From Camelus ferus (Eukaryota): 64,000 bases of DNA. The notes beneath the pieces were generated by a model, which ran no database searches, was not told where the DNA came from, and saw nothing but the letters and a program-made list of their open reading frames with translations. The stretch lies in the NCBI RefSeq assembly GCF_009834535.1, contig NC_045697.1:32862001-32926000 (forward strand), read 5' to 3'. This document shows positions 38,201 through 51,508 of this stretch, piece by piece (position 1 is the first letter of the stretch; the number at the start of each line of letters is the position of its first letter). A program made the translations under genes and the position numbers.

Positions 38201-40329
38201 TCAAATTATAGGATAAATAAATATGTTGGTCTCTGATTTTCTATCTTCATTCTTAAAATGTATTAGGGATTTTTCCTTTATGTATTCATTCCATTATGTG
38301 TATTTCCATGGGCATTTTAACAGTTAGTATCAAATTTGCTGGATACTCCTGTATCTTATTGTGTTAAACAGTCAGTAAAAATGATTTTTAAACTAAATTC
38401 CTTTACAATAATCATAAATACCCTTTTGCACTTATTCTACAAGAATTGTAGAGTCAAATGAAATGTTAACATGATGTCCTATATAATTTGAGTCTTAAAG
38501 TACTACCAAATATCAACTCTAAGTAGTTATCATTTAAAATATCTATTAAACTTTAGATGTGGAATAATTGACATTTAAAAATCTTTATGGAATTAGCTAT
38601 GGCCAAACTACGTAGTTTGGGGAAAGAATTAGATGACTTAGATAAATGTGAAACACTAGTAAATAGCATTTCCTGCAAATAAGGCATTGTTTATGTTTTC
38701 AGACCCTTCACTTGGTTTAGTAGATTTCTCATCTTACATGTTTCTCACAACATAAAATCTAGATGGTTCAAACAGTCATCTGCTACATTCCATTAATTTT
38801 TTTAAGTCTACTGTTATCTCTACCCCTGCATATATGGGTGTGTTTCTATTGTAACAAATAAAATATTCTGATTTTCTTCTCATATGAACCTTAAATATTA
38901 CCAAGTAAAGCAAGGCAGTTCATAAAAGGCAAAATGGAACTAAACATCACAGTGAACTAATGATTGGTTACCAAAATTTGAGTCTAGTAATTCAATTTTA
39001 ACTTACTATGTTACTCACAGGTATTTAATTGCTAATAAATAAGACTAGAGATGTGTATGATATAAAATTTATGTTCATAGTGGTGAGATAAAACTAACTT
39101 CCTTTCAGAGTTTTAAATTTGGTTGCATCTACTTCTTTTATGGTGGTTATCATATAAATCAAATTGTATATGTGATGTCTATATAGAAGCCTCAAGGTGA
39201 AAGAAAAATAATATGTAACTGATAATTTCTGTCATCATCCCCTGGGAACATTGTCACTGTCTTATTTCCTGTGCTCACAGACTGAAAAAAAATAAACTCT
39301 AGATGTAGAATAAGCCTGAGAAGGAATGAATCTTTAACTTAGATGTTGAATATAAAAACTCCATTGAACAGATGACTATTGCCCTAAAGAAATAAGCAGG
39401 CATCTCTAACACATGGCAAGACCACTGATTCAATGTTTATTTAGAAATAAAATTAAATTACATGCCAATGTGTTTTCCAAGCACATGCAGATCTCTGGAT
39501 TAATAGTTAGCATATCAAGTCTTTTATTTTTTTTTCTCATGGCTATTATTTAATACATTTAAAATTGTTGCCCTGAACTAGTAGATCCAATTGTTTATGA
39601 TATAGTGATGAATTCAAATTAGTTGAGATAATAACTTTCTTATGGCAAGATGTCAGGGTAATTAAGTTCCCATATCCACATTACCACCAAGCTGTATTAT
39701 ACAATACTCATATATTTAAGAAGACCAAAGGACTGATTCTGGCAAACTTCCACATACACCCTTTATCTCAGAGAGCTAGATTTTTATTTCATGATTAAAG
39801 AAAACTTTGTTTTCTTTCTCATCTCTGTATTCCAAATGCTTTGCACAGTGGCTATCATAATATAATTTCAATAATTACTTGTTAAATTAATCCATAAAGA
39901 TGAGTAAGGAGTGACATAATCAAAAGCGGGACTGAGTGAGAGATGATCACTGATTGAAGAAACGCAAAAGCTGCATTGGAAAATAACAAATGGTAAAGAA
40001 GGATTATAAAACTTAAAAAAAAATTTCTGCTTAAATTCCTCAAGCAGAAAAAGAGATTTACAGTGAGAGACGCCAAGGAAAAAAAAAAAAAAAACCCTCT
40101 CACAGGAATCATCCTAAATCAAGGGGAAAATGCTGGATTGTTCATTGAGCCTAGGATAGAGGTTCTAGTGTATCTAGACATGATACTGCAAGGTGAAAAG
40201 AAAACAGAAATGGGAAAATGTGGAGAGATTTAGGTTACAGTGTCTTGGATTAATGTATTACTCACTGTCTATTATTCTATTCATCCACCTGCCATCTTTC
40301 CATCTATCCAAGTAGCAATGTATGTAAAA

Positions 40330-40465
40330 ATATTTAAAGAAAAAAACTCACAAATTATATAGTGTTTATCTCTGTGAGGTAAGATTAGGGTTATTATTTT
40401 ATTTCACTATATTATTGAGCATTTTCCAAAGTATATAAAATTAAAGTGTCATGCTTTATAATCAT
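40330..40465 (+). mobile_element. L1ME-like 3' terminus
   Basis: agtgtttatctctgtgaggtaagattaggg..gcattttccaaa..tttataatca. Confidence 0.5.
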
Positions 40466-40869
40466 ACAGAAGTGCTCATGATTTTCTCAGATAAAAGAAA
40501 TCAATAACTGTTATGTTTATAAAATAAGATTATTTCTGTGATGTAGACAAAAGTGAGCATGTGCTGTGGGGATAAACAACCCCCAGGAATAGTTGGCAAA
40601 AGAGTGATCAGAATCCTACAAAGTTAGACTAAAAAGTCACATTTGATTTTGTTATTACTAATGAATCAGCAGTGACATATTGTTTTCCAAGATAAGAACA
40701 CAAACATTTTCTAAGGTAGGTAACCTGTCTGGAAAAAAGAGTGAGATATGAACAAAAGGACTAGTCATGTGCATACATAGCTCACAGGCAGAGTTTCGTA
40801 TGGATAGATCCATTTAGAAATGTCTTCTTATTCAACAACTGTTTCACTAATTTAAACATTTTCAACCTG

Positions 40870-41317
40870 TGTTCGTGCCTCACGTGAAGAGGAGTAGTTT
40901 GGCTAAGTATGTTTGGTTTAGGGCCACTTACAAGGTTGCAACAGAGCTCCTGTCTGGGACTACAGTTTCTGAAAACTTGACTGGAACTGGAGAATGCATT
41001 CTCATCTCACTCACTTGTATGTTGGCAAGAGGCTCCAGTTACTCATCACATGAACCTTTTCATAAGTCTGATAGCAGCAACATGATAGCTAGATTCCCCC
41101 AGAGACAGTGCTCTAAGAGAGAAAACAAGAATGCATATAACAGAAAGAGCAGCCCAGTGCCTTTTATAACCTTATCTTGAAAGCGACATACCATCATTTA
41201 TGCAAAATTCTATTGGTCACACAGGCCCACCCTGATGCAATGTGGGAAGGGATCACATAAAGTCTGAAATACACGATGTGCGGGTCACTGGGACTGTCTT
41301 GGCATGTCTACCTCACT
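40870..41317 (-). mobile_element. MaLR LTR (MLT1F-like)
   Basis: tgttggcaagaggc, ctattggtcacacaggcccaccctgatgcaatgtgggaaggga, end gtcttggcatgtctacctcac. Confidence 0.75.
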
Positions 41318-41409
41318 GCTTAAGTGCTTGCACCCTCTGTCTCTGCTTATGTTAAAAGCCAAATTTAACTTAAAACACTAATAGTGTCTTAGCTTATAAT
41401 TTTGTAAGA

Positions 41410-41955
41410 CTGATAAGACTCATTTTATGGTGAGGATTTTGGATGTTTAAGTTACTTGGTGTCCCATGGTCAGCCATGCTGTCTTTCAGAACCAGTAGCA
41501 TGTCAGGAGCTGTTTTTCAAAAGCTTTAATCTTTCCACAGCAGATGTAATGGACTTGCTTCAGAACCCCAACATTCTGGGTTATTATTCTCCCATGAATC
41601 TTGTCTCATAGTCCGTATAATATGCTTTCTCACCACTGATAGCACCAAAAGGGTTTGCCAGATTCAGTGGTCCAGAGTGCAGAGTTGCTTGCATCACAGC
41701 CTGGACCTGCCACAGAACCAACCTGCTCCAAGCTTCACACACAGCTCTTAGCCCTTTGTAACACCATTATGTGGGCCAGAACATTTTTCCTAGATGAGAA
41801 ATATACTGTATCTAAAACTCAGAGTGGCCCACCAGGAATTGAGCTTTTGTCTTTGTGGTAGGAGACTTAAAGTGCAATAATTTGTCTTTTAATTTGGATA
41901 GGTCCCAGCATGCTGTTGACAACTTGTTCCCCAAATATTTTATGGCCATGACCTC
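41410..41955 (-). mobile_element. ERVL pol fragment (RT C-terminal part, connection and RNase H-like region), decayed
   Basis: ORF 41812-42009(-) reads IKYLGNKLSTACWDLSKLKDKLLHFKSPTTKTKAQFLVG, similar to ERVL pol VKFLGVQW..KVKDKLLHLAPPTTKKEAQRLVG. Downstream on minus: caggtccaggctg and ttttgaaaaacagctcctgacatgctactgg (FEKQLLTCYW). Confidence 0.8.
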
Positions 41956-41959
41956 TTCC

Positions 41960-42670
41960 ATCATGGTTGTTTTGGGAAGAGAGGGAGACAATTTGTCTCT
42001 TTGGTTCATAGATTTCCAGATTGAAAGAAATATATTTGGGAGCTACCCTTAAAGAACAAAATCTGAGGAATTATATCTGCACCCAAACCTGAAGAGATTT
42101 TACACTTTGACCTGATTCTATAATGAGATGGAACTTCAGTGGTCTATGTGAATGAATAAATTAATCTTGCATGTGGGGAAGGACATGAATCTCCTTTGGG
42201 GGTCTGAGGGCATACTGTAGCAGTCAGGTTCCACTGTGGCCCTCAGTCATCCCTGCCTCTTGGTTTTACCTGTGTGTGACCCCTCCTCTCATTAAATAGG
42301 GCTAAGCTAAGTAATCACTAGGATATTGTGTAAATGATGGAGTGTGACTTCTGAGGCTCGGTCATGCGAGACACTGTTTTCTTCATCTTGCTCTGTTGAA
42401 ATTAAGACCTCCTGCCAACAGCAGAGTTCAACTGAGGCCTTATGCTAACAGCTACGTGAGTGACCTTTGGTAGCGCACCCTCCAGCCCTAGTCGAGCCTG
42501 TAGATGACACTAGCTCTGGCTGACATACCAACTGAAACTTTTGAGAAGATCCTGAACAAGAACCATGTGGCTAAGCCACTCCTGAATTTCTGATCCACAG
42601 AAACTTGAAATTAATCAGTTTATTGTTTAAAGCTGCTAAGTTTGTTAAACATCAGTAATTAACTAATAGA
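41960..42670 (+). mobile_element. MaLR internal 3' end plus MLT1F-like LTR (42216-42670)
   Basis: Purine tract ttgggggtctgagggcatac, then tgtagcag..taggatattg..gtgtgacttctgaggct, ending aactaataga. Confidence 0.8.
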
Positions 42671-43513
42671 AACACCTAAACCTAGCCTGGGAAGAAAATG
42701 AATAGACTTTGCAATAAAATGGACCATCTGTGATGTTTGGCAGCGTATCTAATTTGGAGATCTAGAGTTCAGCAAGGCTACTATAATACATGTCAATAAA
42801 TATTGATCAAAGACTCTCCCAATAGGTTTATAAGGTATTTGATCTACTGCCATCATGGATATTAGTTAAATCAGAACCAGAGCTGAAATTTTTTTTTCTT
42901 GAGGAAGAGGTTTTTCCCCACATGAAATAGAGATAGGCAATACAGTTGCTTTTGACACAGCAGAATTTCTAGGGACTAATCATATGAGAACAAGTTGAAT
43001 TTCAAAGGTTCCTTTTCTATTTTTAAGACAGAGGAAAAGGAAAGCCAATTCTCAAAACAGATTGATGGGAACAATATGGTGAGGTTTAGGCAAACAATTT
43101 TAACCATGTTAATAATGAATGTCTGTGTATATACAGTCCTGCTAGCAATACCATGTATGCTACTAAATTGCTGTGAATTTTTGCCCAGAATTCTCATAAG
43201 GAAAGTAGTTTGGAGACAGATAATTATGCAAATTGTCCCAAACTGCAAGGAATACTACTACAAGCTGTAATTGAGAATCATCAATCTTTTTAAGTTTTAT
43301 GCAGACAGATATCTGAAGGTGAGCTCAAAATCTGCAAAATTCCTCCAAAGGTTAATTCTGCCCAAACCTCCTAGGTTTTTTTTTCCTTGCAGAATGACAC
43401 AGATCTTAACAAAAATTACTTTAGTTTGTTTATTTGAAGACAAAAGAAGTGATACAACTAAAATTCAATTTAAAGTATCTTGGAAAGGATCAGAGTTTTT
43501 TAAATAAGTATTT

Positions 43514-44728
43514 TATAACCAGGGCCAGAAAACAGTGAAGACTCGCCTGTTGTTTGCTTATATATGTACAACTAAAGGTAAACTTTTCTTTCCCTCGTTT
43601 TCACTCAAACAATAAAGCCTGAGGAAAGAACATATATTGCCTATATTCTGTATATTCCCAAGTGATGAGCTAGCCCACCTGTGTGCAAGCCCTTCCATTT
43701 CTAGCTCACACTGAGGATTTAAGAAGGCTGTAGTTAAGAGAGAAGAATTTCTTTGGGAAGGGTTGTTTGTTGGACTGTGATCTTTTGCCTATCTCAAACA
43801 TACAGGAGTGAAGAGGGGCACTTTCTCCTTCAGTCAGTATAAAAATGAAATTCATAACAGTCACTTAGCTTATTATGTCCTGTAACATATTTTGAGTTTG
43901 TCCCATGCCTGAGAAATATGAAGGCTAAGAGCTGCAGGCTTGGTGGAAAAGTGGAAAGAAATGGCTCTGCTGGGAGCTAGGTGTGCTTTCTTCCACTGAT
44001 GAGAGGTGCCTTTTCACTTGTATACTGTGTGTCACAGAAGCCTCACTGGGGCCTTTTGAGATTAAGTCCAGCCATAGTATGCCTTGCATAAGGGACCTCG
44101 GCAATAAGATGCCAATTTGGGGTCACTGTATGCATTCGGGTGTGGGGGTGAGTTGGGGAAGAGGTAAATGGCCAGCCAGAGAAGAGACACTGACCTGTCA
44201 AAGGGATCTACAAATAGAGGCACCTGGGGAAACTCTCTCTGAGGAAACCATAAAAAATTCCAGTTAATAAAAGACAGATCCACACGGAGATTCTGCCCTA
44301 CCTGAAAGACATCTGAGCCAGATTATTTTGTGCTAGTTAAGACTTTCGTTTCCCTCTTCTCTATATCCTCAGTTCTAATCCTGGATATATAAGATACTGT
44401 TTGGCAAGAGGGGACGAGTAGGAGATAACTAAGAATCACTGAGAAGTCAACCACAGTCCCCTTCCCCACCATAGTTTGCACAGCCTGAAGGAATGTCAAA
44501 CTGGCAGGAGGGAAAAGCTTTAATGTTAAATGAAGTTGAGTGTTGAGATGATTAAGCTGGTTTGGATATTTCCATTGTATTATCTAAGACTGAAAAAAAA
44601 AAGTCATAATCACCTGTATAACCAAATATCAGAAATTAAATAGCACAGTGAGTGCGTTGAAGATATATGAGGCAGAGTGGGAAAAATAAAGTTATTTTCT
44701 GATTCTTCCTTATTGAGTTCTCATTACA
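43514..44728 (+). mobile_element. Long old solo LTR (LTR78-like, tentative)
   Basis: GC-richer 1.2-kb block starting tataaccagggccag, with gggaaaaataaagtt polyA signal about 40 bp before an ..attaca end. Confidence 0.45.
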
Positions 44729-45158
44729 CAGAAAAAAATAATTAGCCAGTACCAGAGACATAGTAAGTGCTCAAGAAGGCAAAACTTTACGATTAGTTGT
44801 TAGTTATCCTACTGCATATCTTTGTGGATATACAATTTCAACATATAAAAACAAAATCTACTTTTCTCTCCCAAGGATGACATACATATTGGCATCAAAA
44901 TGACCATGGAAAAATGTCCATGTTTTATACATTCTAAAATGCATTTTTCCTGTTTAAATGTATTTTTGTTCAAAAGGAAAAGTCATTTTTTGTGGGGATG
45001 GGGTTGGATTTGTTTCACAAAGTAAGCATTAAATTTTTCATGGGTGAAAAAGTTATAATTCATTGTAAAATTTGCTGATAGTTTGTTTATTTACAGTAAA
45101 TATAATGCAACAAAATGCAGTATATGCAAAATGTCTGTAGGCACTGAGAGAAAGGTAC

Positions 45159-45391
45159 TGTAGCTCCTGGTGAAAATCCTATGTATAATTGTCCAGGCCC
45201 GACCATGAACAATTCCATGTTATTGCCTAGCAGGTCTCATGGGGGAAGATGACTGTCCACACACTGCCCTTGGCACATAGCCAGGATACTGCCGCCTCTG
45301 GAGGGAGTTTCAGTCAAGGACTCGGGCCTGCCAAGACCAGCCAAGCTCCTGTGTATATTTGCACTTCCAGTACAGGCACCTTCCTTGTGAG

Positions 45392-45426
<35 letters not shown>

Positions 45427-45753
45427 CAGGGGACCTTGGCTAAGACACTTTTCTCCAACTCTGCTTTTCTAGAGCTAGTCCTTCCCCCTCTCCATCCTCT
45501 GGCTCCTCAGGTCCATAAGGAGGCTTTACAAGCATCTTTGTTCAGTGCTTCTCAGCAGTGAGAAGATTACTCCAGCCGCCGCTGATCCTCTCCCATAACC
45601 ATTTTGTGGGGGGAAGTGAAACCCTGCGGAGCTGGTGCCTTTCTTTTTGGCCTCTTGCTTACACTGTCCCAGCAAATGAATAAAGGCTTGATCACAACTT
45701 TCAATTTAGTTCATTGTTCTAACTGACCACCTCCACACCTGGCAAGCTCAACA
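45159..45753 (+). mobile_element. Solo LTR, probably ERVL class (family uncertain)
   Basis: TG..CA termini, GC-richer than flanks, gaataaaggcttg polyA signal about 70 bp from the end, flanks ggtac / ggtga. Confidence 0.65.
45395..45423. repeat. T29 homopolymer
   Basis: Directly visible. Confidence 0.95.
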
Positions 45754-45999
45754 GGTGAAGCTTTCATTAGATTCTCAAAGGGGGCTGTTTCCCCCAAAAT
45801 GTTAAAGGATCTTGCTTGGTGAGTTTCAGTCCATGTAGGAGTTTAGCTTTGTGACCAAGAATAAGAATGGATTTGATTAAGTCTCTCTCAACCATGATGC
45901 AATATATTTCTCAACTGTTTGTTGAAAGAGTCAAGGAGGCCACTGACATAATGAAGCAGATTAAGAAGCATAAATAATAAAAACTATGTTTCATGTGGC

Positions 46000-46200
46000 A
46001 GTAAATATGTACAAAGCCCTGTACACATTTTTATCTTATTTAAGCAATAAAACAGACCTTAGAAGTAAATGCTATTATCCTCACTTTATTTAAAAAAAAA
46101 AACCTAAAAACAAAGAATGATTAAGAAAACTTAACAATATTATACAACCAATATGATGTTTGACTCCAAAGTCTGTTTTCTTGACCACACTATTACCTTC
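46000..46200 (-). mobile_element. MIR SINE
   Basis: gctattatcctcacttt..tttgactccaaagtctg..cttgaccac. Confidence 0.5.
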
Positions 46201-46789
46201 TATAGTGGAAATAAAACTTTCCTCATTCTTAGATCCTTAAAAAATTTTCCATAAGACCTAACTCAGTCAGAATATATCATTTATCTTATAATTTTTTAAG
46301 CACACAGGAAATAATAAAAACTAACCTAGGTTCAAGTATTCCTTACAGCTTTTGTTTCCTTAATTATCACCCACTCAACTGCCTTCATCCTGTAAGCTTT
46401 TACCCACTTTTATGCTACACTTGATCATCAGCTTCAACATTCCTCTACATTTTTATAGACATGTCGTATTTTCTAGGGAAGTGGGTCACTTTTCTTGCTT
46501 ATTAAATCTGACAATTTGTTTTTCTGATACCAAATAATATTGTATACCCTATAAGATATCAATTACTTTCAAAATCACAGAGTTCTGTATTTCCATTCCC
46601 ACATCCTGCTGTAACCACATAATAATCAATTTGTACAACACATTGATGTACACCATAAATCATCACTTTTTGAAAGTGGCACATCTTCTGCTGTATTCCA
46701 TTATACTCCCTCTTCCCAATAATTTTTAAAACTGTAAAATTTTGGATATATGACTGCAAATATAAATCACCAATAACTGCAGAAAGAAG

Positions 46790-47010
46790 TGGTATCTTGG
46801 TTTAATACATAAAACTGGGCTTTGGGATCAAACAGCGGTGCTAATCTTAACTCCAGCCTTGAAAAGCTACATGATTTTGGAGAGGTATTTGCTTCTCTGA
46901 GTCTGTCTCCTCACTGTGAAAGAAGGATTACTCTCACTTTGCAGTTATATGAAAAAATCTGGATAATGTACCAAAAATGCTTGGCTTACTGCTTGGCAGC
47001 TAATAATACA
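46790..47010 (+). mobile_element. MIR SINE
   Basis: gggctttgggatcaaacag..ctctgagtctg..cactgtgaaa. Confidence 0.6.
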
Positions 47011-47197
47011 AAGATCAAACCATTTTGATAGCTAGGCTTGTGTTAAGAACTTTATAGTTTTTGTCTGGTTTGATTTAACCCTCACCAGAACATTATGATG
47101 CACAGACTTATTGCAACAAGAGCTATCTTTCCCATTTCTTCATTTTCTGAAGAAAATCATATGCATACTCCATTTCTGGTGTTTTTGTTGATAGCCA

Positions 47198-47569
47198 TGC
47201 TATGGACTGAATTGGGCCCCTGATAAAATTCATATATTAAAACCCTAACTCGCAATGTAACTGTATTTAGAGATGGGACCTTTGAGAAATAATTAAGGTC
47301 AGATGAGGTCACAAGGGTAGAGTCCTCATGATGGCATTAGTGGCTTTATGAGAAGAGAGAAAGACTGCACTCTCTTTCCCATTGAAGACACAGAGAGAAG
47401 GTGGCTGTCTACAAACTGCAAAGAGGGCCTTTACCAGGTCCAATCTGCTGGCACCTTGATCTTGGACTTCAAGATATTGATCTTAGTGTCCAGAACTCTG
47501 AGAAGTAAATGTCTTGTTTAAGCCACCCAGTCAGGTGTTTTGTTATAGCAGCCTAAGTAGATTAGCACA
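47198..47569 (+). mobile_element. MaLR solo LTR, MLT1A0-like, full length
   Basis: tgctatggactgaattg..atctgctggcaccttgatcttggacttc..tttgttatagcagcctaagtagattagcaca. 5-bp flanks agcca / agctg. Confidence 0.9.
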
Positions 47570-47939
47570 AGCTGAGATGCAGTATCTTATATATCACTGT
47601 TATTTAAACTAATAATCACTATCTGATTGCATGTGTTTATTCCAGCAATTGAATTTCACTTATCGAATTATATGTATTTTTCAGCACCTACATCAAATAA
47701 CCATTTCCTTTTTCTCTCATGCATTGTTCTTTCTTAACATTGCCGTCTGAAAAATAATCCCCATATTCTTTCTTCTTTTCTTAAAAGAGACAGTGTATCC
47801 TTGTGGACAGAGACTATTTGTTTTCCAGTCTGTAATCTTGTGTAACCTATAGCAGAAACTCACTGAATACTTCATTGAACTAATGCAATAATGTAATGGA
47901 AGGAGATTAAGTTTTGTTCTATATACTTTGAACTATTTG

Positions 47940-48240
47940 GTTACATTGATAAGGAGAAGCATGTATTTATTGGCAAAAAATCTCATAACAAATACTTCAT
48001 GTAGTTTGATCTCATTCACATATATATTCATAGGTATATATAGAGAGAAATATGTATAAATACATCCATATTCATATACATTTATATAGATATATGCAGA
48101 AATATAATATGGACATACTAAAACGTCAAATATAGCACCCTGAATGTAAGTTTGAGTGTGACTTTTTCTCCTACATATTATGTATATTTTTTTCCGAAAT
48201 GTACTACTTTCAACTCTGTAACAAAATATTAAAATTCAGA
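47940..48240 (+). mobile_element. L1ME-like 3' end
   Basis: Decayed L1ME tail text with a TA-rich stretch. Confidence 0.4.
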
Positions 48241-48867
48241 TTATTTTTAAAAAATATTAAGTCACTATTTTAATGAAGCTATAAAAAATAATAAAGCAAT
48301 TAGATACATAGAATTTCAATTCCATGAAGTGAAAAAAATTCAGATTCCATGTCAGGCCAACTGCCAAATTCAATGACACTTTCTGAGTCAAGGTTATTTT
48401 AGTCATATTTTGTCAAGTTTGGTAGAAATAAAAACTGAATGAAGCACGTTGAGGAGGTTTAAATTGCTTTGAGTTTTTATACACCAATAAAACTATAAGT
48501 GATCTCTCATCATGTTCTACTTTTTAAAAAATAAAGGAGAGATAAATAATTTGTATATCTAGGCCACACTTTAGGTTAGAAAAAGCAAAACACACTTGTT
48601 TTTGAGAATTATTTCTAGAGAATACAATTTGAGGTCAGTGCCCTAAATGTTAGTTTAAATTATTTAGGCCTTTAAAAATGTATTTTCTGTAGATATGTAT
48701 TACTTAAACCAATAATTTAAAATCTGGGCAGTTAATTTAAAACCAAAATAAGGGATTTTTAAAAAGTTCAATAATTAGCATACATATTCTGTTTTTACAA
48801 TATAATATCATTTTAAAAGATGTATAAATAAATAAAAATGTCAATATTTATCATTCTTTGAGAATAA

Positions 48868-48990
48868 TGTAACCTATAATGAAAAACAATATGAAAATGA
48901 ATATATGTATGTATATGTATGACTGAAACACTATGCTATACACCAGAAATTGACATATTGTAACTAACTATGCTTCAATAGAAATAGAAA
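48868..48990 (+). mobile_element. Short camelid-type L1 3' terminus
   Basis: gtaacctataatgaaaaacaatatgaaaatgaatatatgtatg..caccagaaattgacatattgtaactaactatgcttcaat, homologous to 14309-14543 in the opposite orientation. Confidence 0.85.
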
Positions 48991-49014
48991 TATATTAATT
49001 CATTAGTTTAAAGA

Positions 49015-49330
49015 TACAGTATGGTATTTGGCTAAGAACACAAAATCTAACAGAAGTCTACCTAACAACAAATGTGAAATCAAGTACTTGTTGACTGTGT
49101 GATAGAACAAATTTTTTCCTCAACTTTTATTGTTTTTGTTTGTTTTATTGAACAAGTTATTTAATTTGTCGTTAACTCAGTTTCCTCATCTGTGAAGTGG
49201 AGATGATAATGATATTTAGCTCTTGGGTTAGTTTAGATGACTAATTAATTTAAATGTGAAAGCATTTAGAATAGTAGCTCCTATGTACTGTGTGACCTGT
49301 ATGTTTATCAGCTATCTTTGCTATTATCAA
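49015..49330 (+). mobile_element. MIR SINE
   Basis: ctcagtttcctcatctgtgaagtggagatgataat..aaagcatttagaatag. Confidence 0.65.
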
Positions 49331-51329
49331 TCCATCACTGTTTAAATCTGGGGTTAAACATCTCATCATTCTCGATTTTTGTGATTTTCAGAATCTTCAT
49401 GCTAATTATGGCAGACATGTCCTGTTCTGGTTATTTTCTCTGGGCTTTCCTATGAAGATTTGGTGTGAATAACTCATGCATGTGGTACTGAATTGAGATT
49501 TATGACACACTGAACCTTGTCAACCTCATTTGAATCTTATCAGTTCTTCTGTCTTTAAATATTGGTACTTAAAATGGGTGGCTGACTAGTCAAAATTATC
49601 TGTATTTTATTTTTCTTGTAACTGGTTACAAATGAACTATGCAGCCTTAAAGATAATAATGCCAGCTTAACATCTCTTTCTGTGATGATTCTCTTCATTC
49701 CTCTTCAGTGTGGTGAGGAATACTAAAAAGCTTTTCTCTGATAACTTCTCCCAGTTCTTTAGTCTCTCTTTACCGATCTGTAATTTATTCAGCTATTCTG
49801 CTTTATTCTATTCAAAGCATTCTATAGCATCAAGTAACTTGGGGTAGTGGGACAGAGGCACCGCAAATGGTTCCATAATACCCACAAACACATCGAGCCT
49901 TGACGTTTACTCTTCTCTGAACACAACATTCACTTTTCCATGTTGTTCTTTCAGAATGTTCTGACTCTTCATACATCCCTTGCTGACTTTTTTTCCCAAC
50001 AAACACTATCCATTTGGTAAGATTACATGTTGTTTCAACTTCTCTAATGAAGCTTTTCTACTTCTCTTAGCATTGTTTGCCTTTTTAAAATTCCTGTTTT
50101 AGTCTTTGGTCCATAACCTTATTTTAACACATAAATATTTTGTATAATTACAATTATAACTAGATATGTTTTAACAACTGTCCAGTCTCACCCAGGTACA
50201 CTCGTTGGGTTACACAGATGTTCTTATCCTCCACTCGCTCTGTGAGTGTCAGAGAATTCTGTAGTAGTTTACTAGTTTCCTGGAAGTTTGGTTGGAAAGA
50301 TTGACTGAATGGAAGAGTTCAACTAGACTGGCATTACTTTCAGAGTTGCTTTTTTTGCTCATTCTATAGAGTAAGAGTTGCCTTACCTTATGTACAAGCG
50401 CAGTGTTCATGTAAATGGTGTATGGATGTTAATGCAACTTCAACAAGACTTCTTGACTCTGGTCCCAGACAACTTAGTCATCTGTTCCCTCAAGACTCTG
50501 TATCTCCAGCCTCTCCAATTCACTTCTTGAGTTTTGTCCCATTTTGCCCCCTGTCTTTCAGCCCAGATGTTGCATATTTATTTTCTAGGAAGTCTAGAAC
50601 TGTATGCATTCTTGTCATAGCCCTGATTCACTTGGACGTTCCTTTACTGTCCTGAAGAGCTCATACTGGAAGTAAAATACAAACAAATTAAAACTGAATA
50701 TTGTCCTTGTCCTTTTTAGAATCCCCTATCAAAATGTTAATTTTCCTCAAGGAATAATGGATAACTGTGAATAACTGGAGAACAGCCAAATGGCTGAAAA
50801 ATGAGGAAGAAAAGTTCAATGATTAATATGACTAAGTATTACCTGCTATACAGTGTTTTATGTATCTACCATCATGCCTGCACTGTGAACCTTCCAAGTC
50901 AGAAGCTGTGTCATATTCATGCAGCACAATGCCTGGCCGGCTCAGCGAAGACAAAACGATACCTGCATTCAGTGAATAAAGTTGATCTGTGTTTCTCTAA
51001 TTTTATACTTAAGTATGTATCCTTTTTCAATTTGAACTTTAAAACATTTTTTAAACCTTTTAGAAATAAATAGAGCCCAATTGTGTATGTAATAGCTTAC
51101 CTTGTATCCTTATGACTCAAGCACAAGGGGCATCTTCATCAAACTCTATAATAAATGAAGCTTGGTAGAAAAGCCATTGTGTGCTCTCCTCTCCTGCATT
51201 TGCAAGCAGCCAAAAGCTTTAATTAGTCGAACATTTGGCAGCTGTTCTTCTCCATGTTGCTCTTCTTTGTGAAGTCTGATTGTCTTGTCCTCTCGTGCTT
51301 AGCTGACAGTGACATGGTCATTGTGTCAC

Positions 51330-51508
51330 TGAGTGCACACAGAGCTTCCACTTCTCCCACTGGAGACTTCTGCTCATAATTTACTCATCATTTGTCTTCC
51401 TTCATGTTCTTTCTCTCTCTGTCTCTGTCTCTGTCTCTCGGTCTCTCTCACTCTCTCTTTAAACACACATGTCCTGTTAGTTCTGTTTCTATAGAGAACT
51501 CTAATACA
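51330..51508 (+). mobile_element. MLT2-type ERVL LTR 3' end with an internal CT-rich repeat
   Basis: Ends tcctgttagttctgtttctatagagaactctaataca. Left boundary uncertain. Confidence 0.55.

Larger units (their letters stand above)
45110..45815. mobile_element. hAT-Charlie-type remnant split by an LTR
   Basis: agctttcattagattctcaaaggggg..cccccaaaatgttaaagga resembles a Charlie MITE terminus and resumes immediately after the LTR. Confidence 0.45.

Noticed and set aside
42976..43270. Overlapping antisense ORF pair (90 and 91 aa) as a toxin-antitoxin-like module
   Set aside because: No recognisable domain, eukaryotic context, and such overlaps are common by chance.
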